A DNA stretch of 57,586 nt, the filler included, from Sluysia triapertura (Eukaryota): assembly GCA_046118255.1 (NCBI GenBank). It is 4 parts of 4 records of this genome, joined end to end, with 100 filler letters (N's around TTAATTAATTAA, not from the genome) between each part and the next. Parts side by side here need not be neighbours in the genome. Positions count along the whole stretch, not along the records: positions 43,575 to 57,586 come from JBJNIA010009765.1; 3 more parts are not named here. One strand, written 5' to 3'. Below the pieces are notes generated by a model. The model was not told where the DNA came from and ran no database searches. It saw only the letters and a list, made by a program, of their open reading frames with translations. Position numbers and translations under genes: made by a program. This document shows positions 45,131-57,586 of the stretch, piece after piece. How positions within the stretch are numbered: the first letter of the stretch is position 1; every line of letters begins with the position of its first letter.

Positions 45131-48100
45131 GTATGTTTTATTATTTAATACAGGAAATAGAAATAATTAAAAAAGAAAGTAAGCTGCCTATTTAAAATTA
45201 AAACAGATTAAAAACATTAAAAGTAGAAAAATAATAGATTCAATGGAAAATAGAATCATTTTACAATCATTGTAATTTTTGTTTGATAAAACTTATTTCC
45301 TTTTTATCATACAATTGAGCACATTTTTATTATCAATTTTTGAACAAAAATTTTATTTTTATAAAAGTTAAAACAATATGGTACAGAAAAAAATTAATAG
45401 TAATAAAATCAATAAAAAATCAAAAATAACCAAAAATAACATTTATTACAAAATCATTTAAGATCTTTATTTAAGACTATAGTTTTCACTAGAAAACTTT
45501 TAGTGTGTAGTTGAGAAAGCTCAACTATTTCAAGTGATTTTTTCAGATTCGCGCCATTCTTGCAATAATTTCAGCTTTTCTAAGGCCACTGAATGTCTGC
45601 TAATTTTATTGTAAGTATACCTCATGTTAAAATATTAATTTATATTATTTAATGAAAATATTTAATTTAAATTATATTAAATTAAAATAGTTTCAATTAT
45701 CACGTCACCAATCAAATGATTCTAGTTGTTATTGTTCTTATCATCATCGATTTCACCATTACTAGTAAGTAGATAAAAATATCCGAGCTAAACTAATCCC
45801 TCGCCGGTTTACTAACCCCGGGTACCTGGTTTAGTCGTATTTTATTATGAATTGGTTGGAGTGAGTATTACATTAAATTTGGATTTGGTGTTAATTGGAA
45901 AAGGATTTTTTAGTTTTTGATTAATATGACGTTTGTTGTATTTTCATGTATATGTGGTTTTATCTGAAGTAATCGAAGTCGATTTTAATTGTTAATTAAT
46001 CAGAAAAGTGAGTCGCGTCTCACTGCCGCATCTTTCATAATCTGATGACCAACCATACTTATATAATTTATACAAGAATGTATTACATATCATTATGTTC
46101 GTAAATAATTATGAAAAATTACACAACACTTTATTGACCGAAAGATGATGCATGTCCTTCGACTATTACTTCAGCAATTTTTTTTGTTTATTTTATCGAA
46201 AATATGAATGTTTTTAGCATTATTGTATTGCCTGGACAACTAAACATACATCTTGTCACGTTCTTTCTTTTTTACAAAATTTCAAATTTTGATTCATTGT
46301 TGAATGGAACTGAGGTCATCCACTAATACAGATTTTCATTGTACATTCAACACCAAACATCATTTGATTCATTAATTACACATTAGAAAGTTTATTCAAT
46401 ATGCAATTTAATGCATTATCGAAATACAGCTAATTGTTCAATCGGTGTTTAATGACCAACAGTATAAATATGTTGTAAATGTAAATTCTCAGTACTGTAT
46501 ATAAATCAAACAAAATAGTTTTAATCATTGTGATCTATCAAAAATATTAAAGTAATCTAATTTGGTTGAAAACATTATTAAATTGTAATTGTAATTATTA
46601 TATTTTAATTGTAATTGATTTAGCTAATAGTTACAATTGAAAAAATTATGTGATAACTACTCTTTTATCCACCATTTTCTGGAATCAGCCACTTTATTTT
46701 TGCAAAAATAGTGTAATTTGGTTTAATAATATATTTTTATATATTATTTTTATTTATATGTATATTTATATATAAGTATGTAATTTATATAAATAATATT
46801 TTTACTCTAAAAGCCGCCATTTTCTAGAAACCGCCACTTTTTTCGTAGTCCCGTTTTTAGCGGATAAGAGAGTAGTTAGTGTAGTACAATTTTCTAGAAT
46901 AAAACCAAATTGTTGGAAGAAATTGATAGTTTATAAGGCAGAATGTAACAAAATATTTAAATTTAATTTTGTATTCAAAAATATTAGGCTTAATTTTCCA
47001 TGATCTATATTGCTTTTGTGGTTTTGAAAGAGATAATATCCTGTGTACTATGTCTCTGCATGCATATCATCATGGGCTGAACATGGCAAAATCTTAGTTT
47101 GTTTTTTTACAGAAACTTAAAGGTACAATACCTTGGAGTAAAATCTACATCTTGGAGTGTGAGGCCCTTTAGGTTTAATAAGTAAAAATATTTTAATATT
47201 TACAAAGTCGTAAAATTTCGAACCAATATCCTTACTTCTATTTATATCTTTAAAATTTTAGTACAAGTAATATTTCATTTCTTTTGTATTGTTGTTTATT
47301 CTTCTGGTATATCACATTTACTTCTAAATCTGTAATTCATTAATAAAGTATTATCATAATGTAGTATTATGACGTATTATCTGATAAATAATTTTTTTAA
47401 ATCTTCATATAAAATATTGATTTGGTTACTTAAAAATTCTATTTCTAGAAAATGGAAAAGTTTCATAACATATTCGGTCCAGAACTAAAATCCGTTACAA
47501 ATGAGGCTGATGAGATTGAAAAAGTTATCAAAAAAGTCGAAGATTTGAAAACACCATTTTTAGAGGTTATAATGAATTACTGTTGTTTGATAAATTAAAA
47601 TAAATATATCAAAATTTACTCATTTTCTAAGTAATAATGTATTTCAAGTAAAGGAAATTACATTTTACAAAACCAATCCAATTTATTTAGTTAATACATT
47701 CGCTTAAGATGGTTTGACAACACATATCACTACGTTTCTTACGGTTCTTGTTTTTCGTGGACACAAATTCAATATTTAGTAATGCAAGATAAGTTTACGA
47801 TTATATAAGTTTATTACCATTAATTTTGTTTATTTTGTTCATTCTTGATTTTATCTTCACATTTTCAAATCCATTATTATTCGCATTATCACTAATCATA
47901 TTACATGCTTTTATAACATATCATACTACCAAGGGACTCTCAGTCACTTATAAGAATCATGAGAATTATTAAATGTTATTGTTTATTGTTTAAATTCATT
48001 TATTTATCCAAACAAGCTATATATAAACATAAAATATTATACACAGGCCATGTAAATACAGTTCAAATGTGACTCAGAGTGACATCGTGATACAATTAGG

Positions 48101-49028
48101 GTTAAAACCGATTTTGACTCATAATTGTCATATAATTATCAATTTTAATTTAACATAATTTAGAAAACGTCATTTTTTCTTTATTTTCATTCTGCTTAGA
48201 TGCTTTGAGCCTTTATTGAGTTGAATATTTATAGTTATTCAAAGTTTAGATGACAATCCATTTACAAATTTAGTTCTTTAATGACTTTATTCAAATATTT
48301 ATCAATTGACTAAGTCCATTGTTTATTCTAATAATAAATTTAAATATTAGTCTATTAGTAGTTAAAGACGACTTTTAAGATTTTTGTTAATAAAGGGTCT
48401 AAAACTGATAAAATAAAAAGAATTTATAAAATGAATTTGTAGGACATTATGTATAAATATAAAAATACAAATTATTTTAGTTTAGTAGAACAATAACAAT
48501 AATTTTACAAATATTTTCCCCATCTAATGCATTAAACATTATTAAATAATTTTTGTCCCATCTTTGCAAATGAATTTCTTATCTTTAACATTATAAACAG
48601 TGTTAGTATATTTATTGATCTGGAATTTTTACCAAAAGTTGTACACGTTTTATCGTCGGTAAATATTTATTGAATAATGAATACTTTATAAATTTATTGT
48701 ATTTGTTTTTGTAAAATAACAAAGATTATAATTTATATTTTGGCTTTTAGCTAATTTATTGTATTTACTATTTCAGTTAAATTATAATCCCTTTGATATG
48801 ACCAAACATCGAAGAAATTGGGAACATTTAATGATAGAATTTAACAAAAATGTAGATAAAATTGAAGAAGAAGCCAAAAAATTTATCGATAATTGTTTTA
48901 AAGCATTACGTTCATCAGAAGCTGCTTTCCAAATGTTAAATAAATTTCAATTTATTGAATCTACACAAGCTATTTCGGATTTAATGAAACAAAAATTCAA
49001 TGACATTTTAGAACAATATAAAAAAGAG
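44932..49028 (+). CDS. DNAH10: Axonemal dynein heavy chain 10 (inner arm I1-alpha), N-terminal tail region, partial; exons 44932-45130, 47449-47565, 48777-49028
   Basis: Spliced product has TRATIEASGHAARWEFDRKKLFEKTNYMA, FHNIFGPELKSVT and EAKKFIDNCFKALRSSEAAFQML...KFNDILEQYKKE, matching DNAH10 (RWEFDRKRLFERTDYMA; IFGPELKAVT; LRSAEAAF). GT-AG junctions, phases 0/0. Confidence 0.92.
46655..46885. mobile_element. MITE (pogo/Tigger-like)
   Basis: Inverted ends TAACTACTCTTTTATCC / GGATAAGAGAGTAGTTA. Subterminal CCATTTTCT(G/A)GAA..(A/C)GCCAC repeats. Confidence 0.55.
47449..47565 (+). CDS. DNAH10: DNAH10 exon (not in ORF track)
   Basis: TTCTAG|AAA...GAG|GTTATA. Encodes KMEKFHNIFGPELKSVTNEADEIEKVIKKVEDLKTPFLE. 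Confidence 0.92.
48777..49028 (+). CDS. DNAH10: DNAH10 exon
   Basis: TTTCAG|TTA...GAG|GTTAGT. Lies inside ORF 48759-49076. Confidence 0.92.
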
Positions 49029-51060
49029 GTTAGTTTATTTACAGAATATTATTGTTTTTTAAAATACAAATATTAATAATTAGTAATACTTATTCGTTCT
49101 CTATTTTTGTTACAATTTTTATGAAGTTATATATAAATTTCTGTTTTTAAGTTTATTTAAAATTTGTAGAAAAATGTGTGTTTACTAAATATGTTTACAA
49201 AAATTTATAACATTTAATTCTAAGTTGTTTTTCTCACTTTTATATTTTATTTTATTTTCTAATATACTTTTTTACTTTCATATGTACGTTATCAAAATCT
49301 GAGGTTTTCAAATTGTACTGAATAAAATTCTAGTCATAAATCATCATTTTTTGCACCATTGCACTTTTCTTCTAACAAACCTTTAAATGTAAAATTAAAA
49401 TTTGTAAATATAAGATTTTAATTAAAGGCTTTAATTAAATAAATGTAGTGATTCAAATTATGGAAGTAAGATTTTTAATTAATGAGTTGGTATGTTTTGG
49501 TTAAATGATTGATGTACGTGTTGTTAATGATACGTTATTGAAGCGAGTAAATATCGAATTTGAATGAGCTTTAACTGTATTGTTTAAAAATTTCGATAAA
49601 TGTTAAAGAAACTTTTAATCTTTATATCATTAATATACATAATATCGTTTTTATAAATATCATCATGTTTGATTTATGGCATAAGAAAAACATTTTATTC
49701 TTTTAAATGAATTAATTAAATGAATTAATTAATTAACAATTTAATTAAATCATAAGTTAGTCATGTCGATTGTGGAGAGTTTATTTCAATAATTTCATAA
49801 TTGTAATTATTACCATTACTGTAATTATCGTTCGAAAATTTAATTGAAATTGTAAATATTATCATTTTTTGGAAATATTATTGAAATTTTATAACTGTAA
49901 TTGAAAATCATTCATAAAGATGAATAATATCAAAAAATAATTGATGCAAAAATTATATATAAATAGAATTGAATTAACATTACGTCCACAATATATTTTT
50001 TCCAAAGTATAAGGCGACAAAAACATAAAAGGACTTTTTGGAAATAAAATTTTCGTGAATCGTCTCCCATCCAAATACAATATGTAGATCATAACCATAA
50101 AGGATTTAATAGTAAAAGCGATTTCAATATTCGGGGGATCAATTCTATTTATGTAAAATTGCGTTAGTCTTTCTCTTATTTAAAGTAAGTATCAAGTTTT
50201 ACTTAAAATCTATAAATCACTTTCTTCTATTTTTAAGGTAGCAGTAAAATCTTTTCAAAATTCACAAAATTTAATATTAAGAGAAATCTTAACATTTGTA
50301 CAAATTATTCATTATATTTGTACTATTTTAGATGTTTTGGTATATTTTGTGTTACATTGTGAAATATATTATTAGTTTCAATATAGCTGTAGTAAAGATA
50401 CATTATATTTAATATTTAAAAGTTGGAAGCATGCGTTATAAGTTGGGTAGCCAGCGTCATCTATCATAAAAAACTTAGTAAATGTTCATTCTTTTAAATC
50501 ATGTACACTTTCCTTTTCTTAGGAAGTATATTGCGTTTACTATAGGTGGACCTTCCAAGAATCAATTGTTCTGGATAAACTAAGAGATTAATCGAATTAT
50601 TTATAAATTTTTTATAATGTCTTTCAGAATCATAGAATAATCTGATAAACTAGAAACACGTAGTGTTAATTTACAATGCATTGAAAAATGATTTTCCAAT
50701 GTTAGAAGTTAAAAGTATATAAAATCATGTCAAAAGTTAAGCTATGTGAAGAAATATAATACTACGCAATATAAGTTTGAAGTGGGATGTGTCGATTAAA
50801 AATAGCAAAGAATATTTAATATGAATTTAATTAATCATTATTATTAGAAGATTAAGGACTTTACAAGGCTTATCATATTTAACCTATATTGGTTTGAAGT
50901 CAAAGTAACTAAATGTATTATTTATTAATAATAGATTATTAGGATAAATGTGAGTTGTGTTGTTTCGTCTGTAATTTCAAAACAGGATAATTTCGACATT
51001 GAAGCAAGAGCAATATTTTATCTAACGAAATTGTAGGGAAAATATTGATTTTACCTTTGC

Positions 51061-52185
51061 GGTGTCCCAAAAGTAACCGAACTTCAAACATAAATAAAAA
51101 TTAGATTTCAAAAAAGGCAAATGTAATTTCTTTTATATCATTTTATGTTACTATTCATTTCTTCCTGCGAATAGTAGTCTTTGGAATGACTTTTGTTTGT
51201 GCGATCATATTAATTTTTGTTCAGCATACGCTTCTGGAACCTCATTCTTAAAAATTCAGCGAAGGACTTTAGATTTAAACGAACATATCTTCGTTATTAA
51301 GAATTACTATGCAAGGACTAGCTACAAGCATGTTAAAGAAAGATGGGAAGCAAACTTCAGAACGCCTGTATCGAGTAAGTCGACAATGTTCAATCTTGTA
51401 TCAAAATTGAAGTAACTGGAAGTGTGTCAATTGCTACTAAAGAAGGTCGTCGAAAACAAGGATATAGTTCGTTCATTCTCCTAAAAAATCTATCTACCAG
51501 GAATCAAAAGAGCTGAACATTTCTCGAAATTAACTCCACCGTATCTTTCATGACATTGGTTTAAAACCATACAGACCTCATTTTCTTCATGCCCTAAATG
51601 AAGATGACCCGGATAAACGAGAATTTTATACAATTCACCAGATTTTCCAGATTGCTTACTTCAAACTGAATGGGTATGTTAACAGACACAATTGGAACAT
51701 GATAATCCCATTGAATTATTGAAACGAAGTCAATGTTCCTGGAGTCACAGTCTGGGTTGGAATCGGCCTATTTGGCTCATTCTTCTTTGAAGGAACTGTT
51801 AATGGTGAACATTTCCTATTGTAAATGAGTTCATCCATTTCGGTGATCTTTGTTTTCAACAATATGGAGCATCTGTGCACTAAACCAAAGATGTTCGACA
51901 ATGGCTTGATGAAACATTTCCTGGATGTTGGATTGGACGCCGATGACCAATCGAATGGTCTGTCATATCTCCGGATCTGACACCCCTGATTTGTTTCTAC
52001 GGGGAGTTCTAAAGAACGCTGTTCCATTATTCAGCATGAATGGAACCAAATTTCAGAGGAAACTTGGCAGAAAGTATGTTCCAGTGTTGTCAAAAGATGT
52101 CATGCTTGTACTGAAGTTCAAGGTAGATATTTGTCGTTTTGATATCTAATTTTTATTTACGGTTCGGTTACTTTTGAACATCCTG
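51061..52185 (+). mobile_element. Tc1/mariner DD41D (rosa/Visitor-type) transposon, near full length, decayed
   Basis: TIRs GGTGTCCCAAAAGTAACCGAAC / GTTCGGTTACTTTTGAACATCCTG-TA. Transposase KPYRPHFLHALNEDD, VNRHN, FFFEGTVNG, WLDETFPGCWIGRR*PIEW...SPDLTP. Spacing from QQDG to PL(D) is 41 when both copies are combined. Confidence 0.88.
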
Positions 52186-55100
52186 TATGTGTGTTTGTGT
52201 GTGCGCAATTGTTTTATTATTAATTTTCGATAAAGTTAAATGCTAATTAACAGTTATTTGATTTGTAATGTTAACATTATTTCATAGTTATCATTTATTT
52301 GGGATATTTAACTTTTATTTTTGATAATTAATAAAGTGTAATGTTTATGACATATTTTGATTTGTGAGCTCTCACTTTAAAAGATATTTAAAAGTTAATT
52401 AAAATTGTTAAGAAGGTACAATAATGTGGCAAAAGATTATGTTTTATTAACAGATAAAGTACCTAATGAATTAATGAATAAACTAAATAAATAAATAATA
52501 AATTAAATTATTAAATAAGTTAAATAAATAAAGAGATTTTGATACTAAAGCTAATAAAAAAGGTTAAGAATACGCAAAATGTTTAATTGAATTGAAGTTG
52601 ATAAATTGGTAATCAAGAAGACGACAATCACAATCTGAAACTCAAAATGTTAACCAAGACGAAGTAAAAGTAAAAGAGGGACCTTTCGAGGTTTACGGGA
52701 AAACAAATTCGTGCAAACTTTTGGAAGATACTGAAGATGTCGTTATGTGTATATAAGAAAATTAAAATTAATTTTTTCACTGTAATTTCAGAAAGGAACT
52801 TGGTCGATCACAGTTCCAATACCTTGTATTATTTTTAATTATTATATAGGATTATACAAAAAATGAAATGACAATATCCATTTCATTTTTATCACAATTT
52901 AATGGCCAAAAAGAAATAAGAATAGTTTGGACTGCGGTGTTTGTGCTATTTAGTTTATTAAAGTCGCGTTTCAAATGGCAATACGTAGACCAATGTGATA
53001 TCCATAAAAAACCAATTAGAATGATAGCTTTTTATTGAAATATTTCGTGGAAAATTTTTTAGAAAAATAAATATTGTGAAACGCAGCAACATGAAGACGT
53101 TTCAGTTTCCTTTATTATGTGTGTTATTTTTTTGAAAATAGTTTTGTCATTAAAATATTTAACTCGTTGCACTCCGTTATCGCCGATAATTGTCGTTGCT
53201 ACGGCTACACCCGTGTTTTACTTACGTTATCACTTTAAAAGAAAATGATGAGTGTATTTAACTTAACATAGTTCAAAAATATCGTTCGTTTTAATTTAAC
53301 TAATGTTTGTTTTGAAAAATACTAACCAACTGGAACTATTTTTGCTATAATTGTTATTGATTTTAATACTATCATGGAGCACGTTATGTGATTCATTATT
53401 TTAAGGGTCGTATTGTATTTAGAAGTTGTAGTTAGTAAAAGAAAAAATTGAAAAGTCAATAACCTATTAAATCTTATTATTATATGTTTGTAAAATAATA
53501 TAAAATTTCCATCAAATTTATAAAGTACAATACAGTTATTCACATGTTATTAAATACAACATAGTGGTTGTAGATAAATAATTGGCGTTTTTTTAATATT
53601 ATAAAATATAAAAGATATTTTTCTCTAGTCAAATTTAATCTAAATGGAAACATTATTCTAACAAAACAAATTATGTCAACTATTAGAATAATATAATAAA
53701 CAGTCGGTTTGATAAAATTTCAAAATTTAACATTTATATATACTGCAATAAATGAATGTCTGAATGTATTTTTACATTATTTTTGCTAATTACTTGTGCT
53801 TGTTGATAAGCAATTATTTGAAAACTGTATGAACAATGTAATTTCTGAATTAAATTATTAAAATTCAATTGGAAACTTGCTATAATCGTTATCATAGTTT
53901 TAGTTTATATTAGGGCTGGGCCTATGAAAGATTTTTCTGCCCTATTCAATAATTAAACTCCCACTGAATGATTTGATGATAATGTATTATTCATTTAAAC
54001 ATAATACAATAAAAACAAGAATGAAATTACAACGTAACTTTATGAATTAGGATGGCTTTTTAATAAAATAAAAGTAGAACCAGATGAATATTATGAATAT
54101 TATATAGTATATAATGAAACACCTACGAACAACTATTATTCCAAAATGAGACATGTTTTGATTTCCCAATTAGAAATTTATTGTAAATATTCTAAAATTT
54201 TATTTCAAAAAACATTAAAGAATGATAATGAAAATTCATGATTTTTAAGACCATTATCGATCATGTTCATAAGATAAAATCATGTGTATCTAAATCAAAA
54301 ACAGGTGCAGAAAAGTTATCCGGTGCATCGGGAACAGCCCAAATATATATATATATATATATATATTCGAACTTTTACTCGAAATTTATTTTTTAATTTT
54401 TAATTTTTTTTAGTCTTAAATCTTTACAAATTTTAAAATCTTGATTTTTTAATTTCGACACAGCAATTGATTTTCAATTCGAATATTAGATTGGTGACAA
54501 ATTTCCTAAAAGATAACAGATTCTTTTGCACAACTAATGATCGATTTTTATAATCAAAACAGCAGCTTATTTGTAAACAATTGTAATTGCTTCATAAATA
54601 TCTAAACTAATCGTGAAAACAAGTTTGTTTTTTCCATTTAATTGTAGTAAGTTCTCATCTAAATTTTCTATATTCTACCCTCTTCTTTTCTCATACTAAC
54701 TTACTTTTTCAAGATGCTATTTGAAGATCTTCACTGAGATATCTTGGATTCTTTACAAAATACGTTCTAAATTTGTCGAAGTTTGAACGATGTGTTAAAG
54801 TAAGTTAAGTAAGTTTCAGTATTTTTCATTTTGTTTTATGTAACATATATAACGAAATAATTAGATTTAGATCTCATATAATCATTTAAAATTAATTTCA
54901 GACAATTCATTTCATCAAGTTGTAAATCGTGAAGTTAGTATGGATTTTATTTATTTTTAATTATTAAATTATGAAGATTAAATTACTGAATTAAATCGAA
55001 TGAATAATTAAAGAAATCGAAGTATTGGAATTCAAAAGTTGAAATGAATAATACAAAGAATATCTTCCCCTGTTGGATTATTAAGAGATAAACATGCAAC

Positions 55101-55914
55101 ATAACAATATTATAAAGTATCGAGACGTTTATACGAAACACGAGCAATTACGATCTCAGTATTATCAGTTAGTGAAACAAAAAAGTAAATATTTTACTCG
55201 CAACATAAAACAAATTACAGAAAATTGTAATTTGGTGTCAATAATAATAATAGTAGCAATAATTGTGGTGATCAAACTCATTATATATGATTTTGTTGGA
55301 AAATCAGCTCATAACAAAGTTTTTACTCACAACATAATTAACAAAATTCCCAGTTTAAATCACTTATTCCTTAATCGTTTCACATTCTTTCTTACATTCT
55401 ATACTTTAAACTCTCCACAATTAAGCAACTCATAACGTCATTCAGTGAAAAATTTTTAAACATTAAACCACCTAACAATAACATTACGAATCAATTACAA
55501 ACTCAAACAACCCATATCCATACAACTTAGATGTCTAAATTACCGAATAACAATAATACACAGAAGAAAATTCACACTCTACAATACCTAATTCATCTTA
55601 CAGATCACCAAAAACCCAAATGCATTGTATTTACATAATTTAAAATATCGCAACATAATTCATATCATACCTCAAGAAATCACTAAGTACACTCTTATAT
55701 ATACTTTAATACTCGTACAATTATAACATGATGCTTTCAAACATTCCTGTTCCAAACATCCAGATCTGATGCACAAATCCCAGATAATATATGAATTTAT
55801 GCAAAGATCGTGTAAAAAATTAAAGGTTAAGCACAAGGATTATATTTGAAATTCTCAATTTAAACTCTATTTTTCTTATTCATTTCACACACTCTTCATC
55901 GCGGTATTAGTTAA

Positions 55915-56390
55915 CCCTTTCGAGACGGTATTCAAATATTGCGATTATCAATTTAAATTTAAATGTGTGATATTAGCATCTTTTTCATAGAATTGATGCT
56001 TTAAAAATGCAACAAATAAATGTAAAGATAAATTATGCTTTATTTTATACTACTATTTTCCTAGTAGTATACATTTCTACCACTCAATATAACAGATGTA
56101 ATATGATTAGAAATATGATTATGTAAAAAAACACTTGTACACTCAAACCTGTTTTTGTGCGGTGGATAGGTACCACATAAAAAGAAACTCACGAGTACCT
56201 GTAAAAAATAGTTTTTGAAAACAATATTAAAAAAATTTTTTATGCAGTTAAAAAAATCTCACTTATAAAATAACTCATAATCTTAACTAACAATTATTTT
56301 TTAAACGAAATCAAGACAGGAGGCTTGGCGGCTACTTCGAATCTCACAAAACATTCGCTAACGATTCAGTGACTTATGGTACAGAAAGGA
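55915..56390. mobile_element. piggyBac-type non-autonomous element
   Basis: TTAA-CCCTTTC ... GAAAGGA-TTAA termini. Confidence 0.5.
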
Positions 56391-57399
56391 TTAAATATTC
56401 TGTTTGCTTTATGCAAGATTGAAAAGAAAGCAAAATAAATTTTAAGAGTTAAAAGGATATAAAGAACAAAAATAAAATACTTGCAACATGGAAAACAATG
56501 AGCAAAAGTTGTAATTATTCTCGCGTGCTAAGATTGTCAAACCAAGTCTCCATACATATTGCACTTTCAACTTACACTTTAACGCTCGAACTATCTTTAA
56601 ATACTTTATTCCACATTTATATTACATCAAAACCAGACGTATTCAAGGAAAATTCTGTATCTACATTTAAACGTGCTGATATAAAATTGTTAATTTTTTT
56701 CATAAGAGTTCCAAAAAAAGGTTATTTTGTGTGTTTGGTGAGATATTACTGAAATTATACATTATGAATTATTGAAAATGGGTTAAGTGGTATTATCTGA
56801 CATCTGACATCAGCACTGAAATTTTGCCCGCATGTTAATACCAAACCACATTGTACCACATCCTAGTTTCGGTCCAAATGTATCTCTTTGAAAACAGGTG
56901 ACATACCCCTGTTATAGCCATGTTACAGCATCGAATGGACGGTGACTATTTTACTGATTAGATATATTTAGAATGTATATATTTTTTCTCGTTTTCCATG
57001 AAGTCTTTCTTTCAGAAACTTAATGTGTGTAAATGAGATATACATGAATTCAGTATATCCAATATATACGTTGAGCAAAATTGAAAATAAACCGAATACG
57101 AATAATTTGTGAACTATTATATTAAGTTTAACTCTTATAAATATCATATTAATTAAAATTCCAATGATACCATGGTATTCGCATGTATTCAGTTCTTGTA
57201 AGTTTCCAAATAATTTCCTAGACGCACCAAATTATTTTTATTGTCATAAACAAAGTGACATAGGTAGTGAGAAAGTGTTCAATTGCACTTTCACTGAGGA
57301 AATGCTACTGTTAGGTTGCCATCACAACCCATAAAATTATCAAAAATATATTATTAAAATTTAATTTAAATCACTTAAAAAATATTTTTGCGTTTCCAG

Positions 57400-57545
57400 A
57401 TATTCAAAAATTTTATTTTCCAAAAAAGAGAATTATTTTCTAAAAAAGAAATTTTATTTTCCAAAAAAGAAAATTATTTTTCAAAAAATAAATTTATTTT
57501 CCAAAAAAGAAATTTATTTTTCAAAAAAGAAAATTTATTTAAAAA
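57400..57545. repeat. Tandem minisatellite, ~20-nt unit (CAAAAAAGAAATTTATTTT)
   Basis: About seven degenerate consecutive units. Confidence 0.8.
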
Positions 57546-57586
57546 CATTATTTTTGTTTAAGTACATTATTTTAATTAAAATAAGT

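Noticed and set aside
47505-47525. CTGATGAGATTGAAA hammerhead-like core
   Set aside because: Lies in a DNAH10 exon (codons for ADEIE) and has no flanking stems.

Overview
Very AT-rich, repeat-dense animal DNA. It is most likely a free-living flatworm (planarian), inferred from the (AAT)n microsatellites, a 40-nt intron and an intronless Srw/PROF1-type GPCR. The window is four contigs joined by artificial 100-nt linkers (44N-TTAATTAATTAA-44N), so linkage across the linkers is unproven. Host genes: (1) nine phase-consistent minus-strand exons (3407-15144, 750 codons) of a very divergent Son-of-sevenless (SOS) RasGEF. Its PH domain is split by large inserts, about 170 residues of REM/CDC25 are missing where a Tc1 relic sits, and the catalytic hairpin is altered. 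(2) An intronless 408-aa peptide-type GPCR (33661-34887). (3) Three exons of axonemal dynein heavy chain DNAH10 (44932-49028). (4) A decayed 3' fragment of a P4-ATPase flippase. The rest is a transposon and virus graveyard: hAT, Tc1, DD41D, pogo, piggyBac-type and Ty3/Gypsy relics, Polinton/Maverick capsid and pPolB fragments, several long decayed intronless ORFs that resemble negative-strand RNA virus genes (candidate endogenous viral elements), a decayed hammerhead-ribozyme-like motif, and a cluster of small ORFs next to a long inverted repeat. All protein similarities were judged by eye from remembered family motifs; no search was run.
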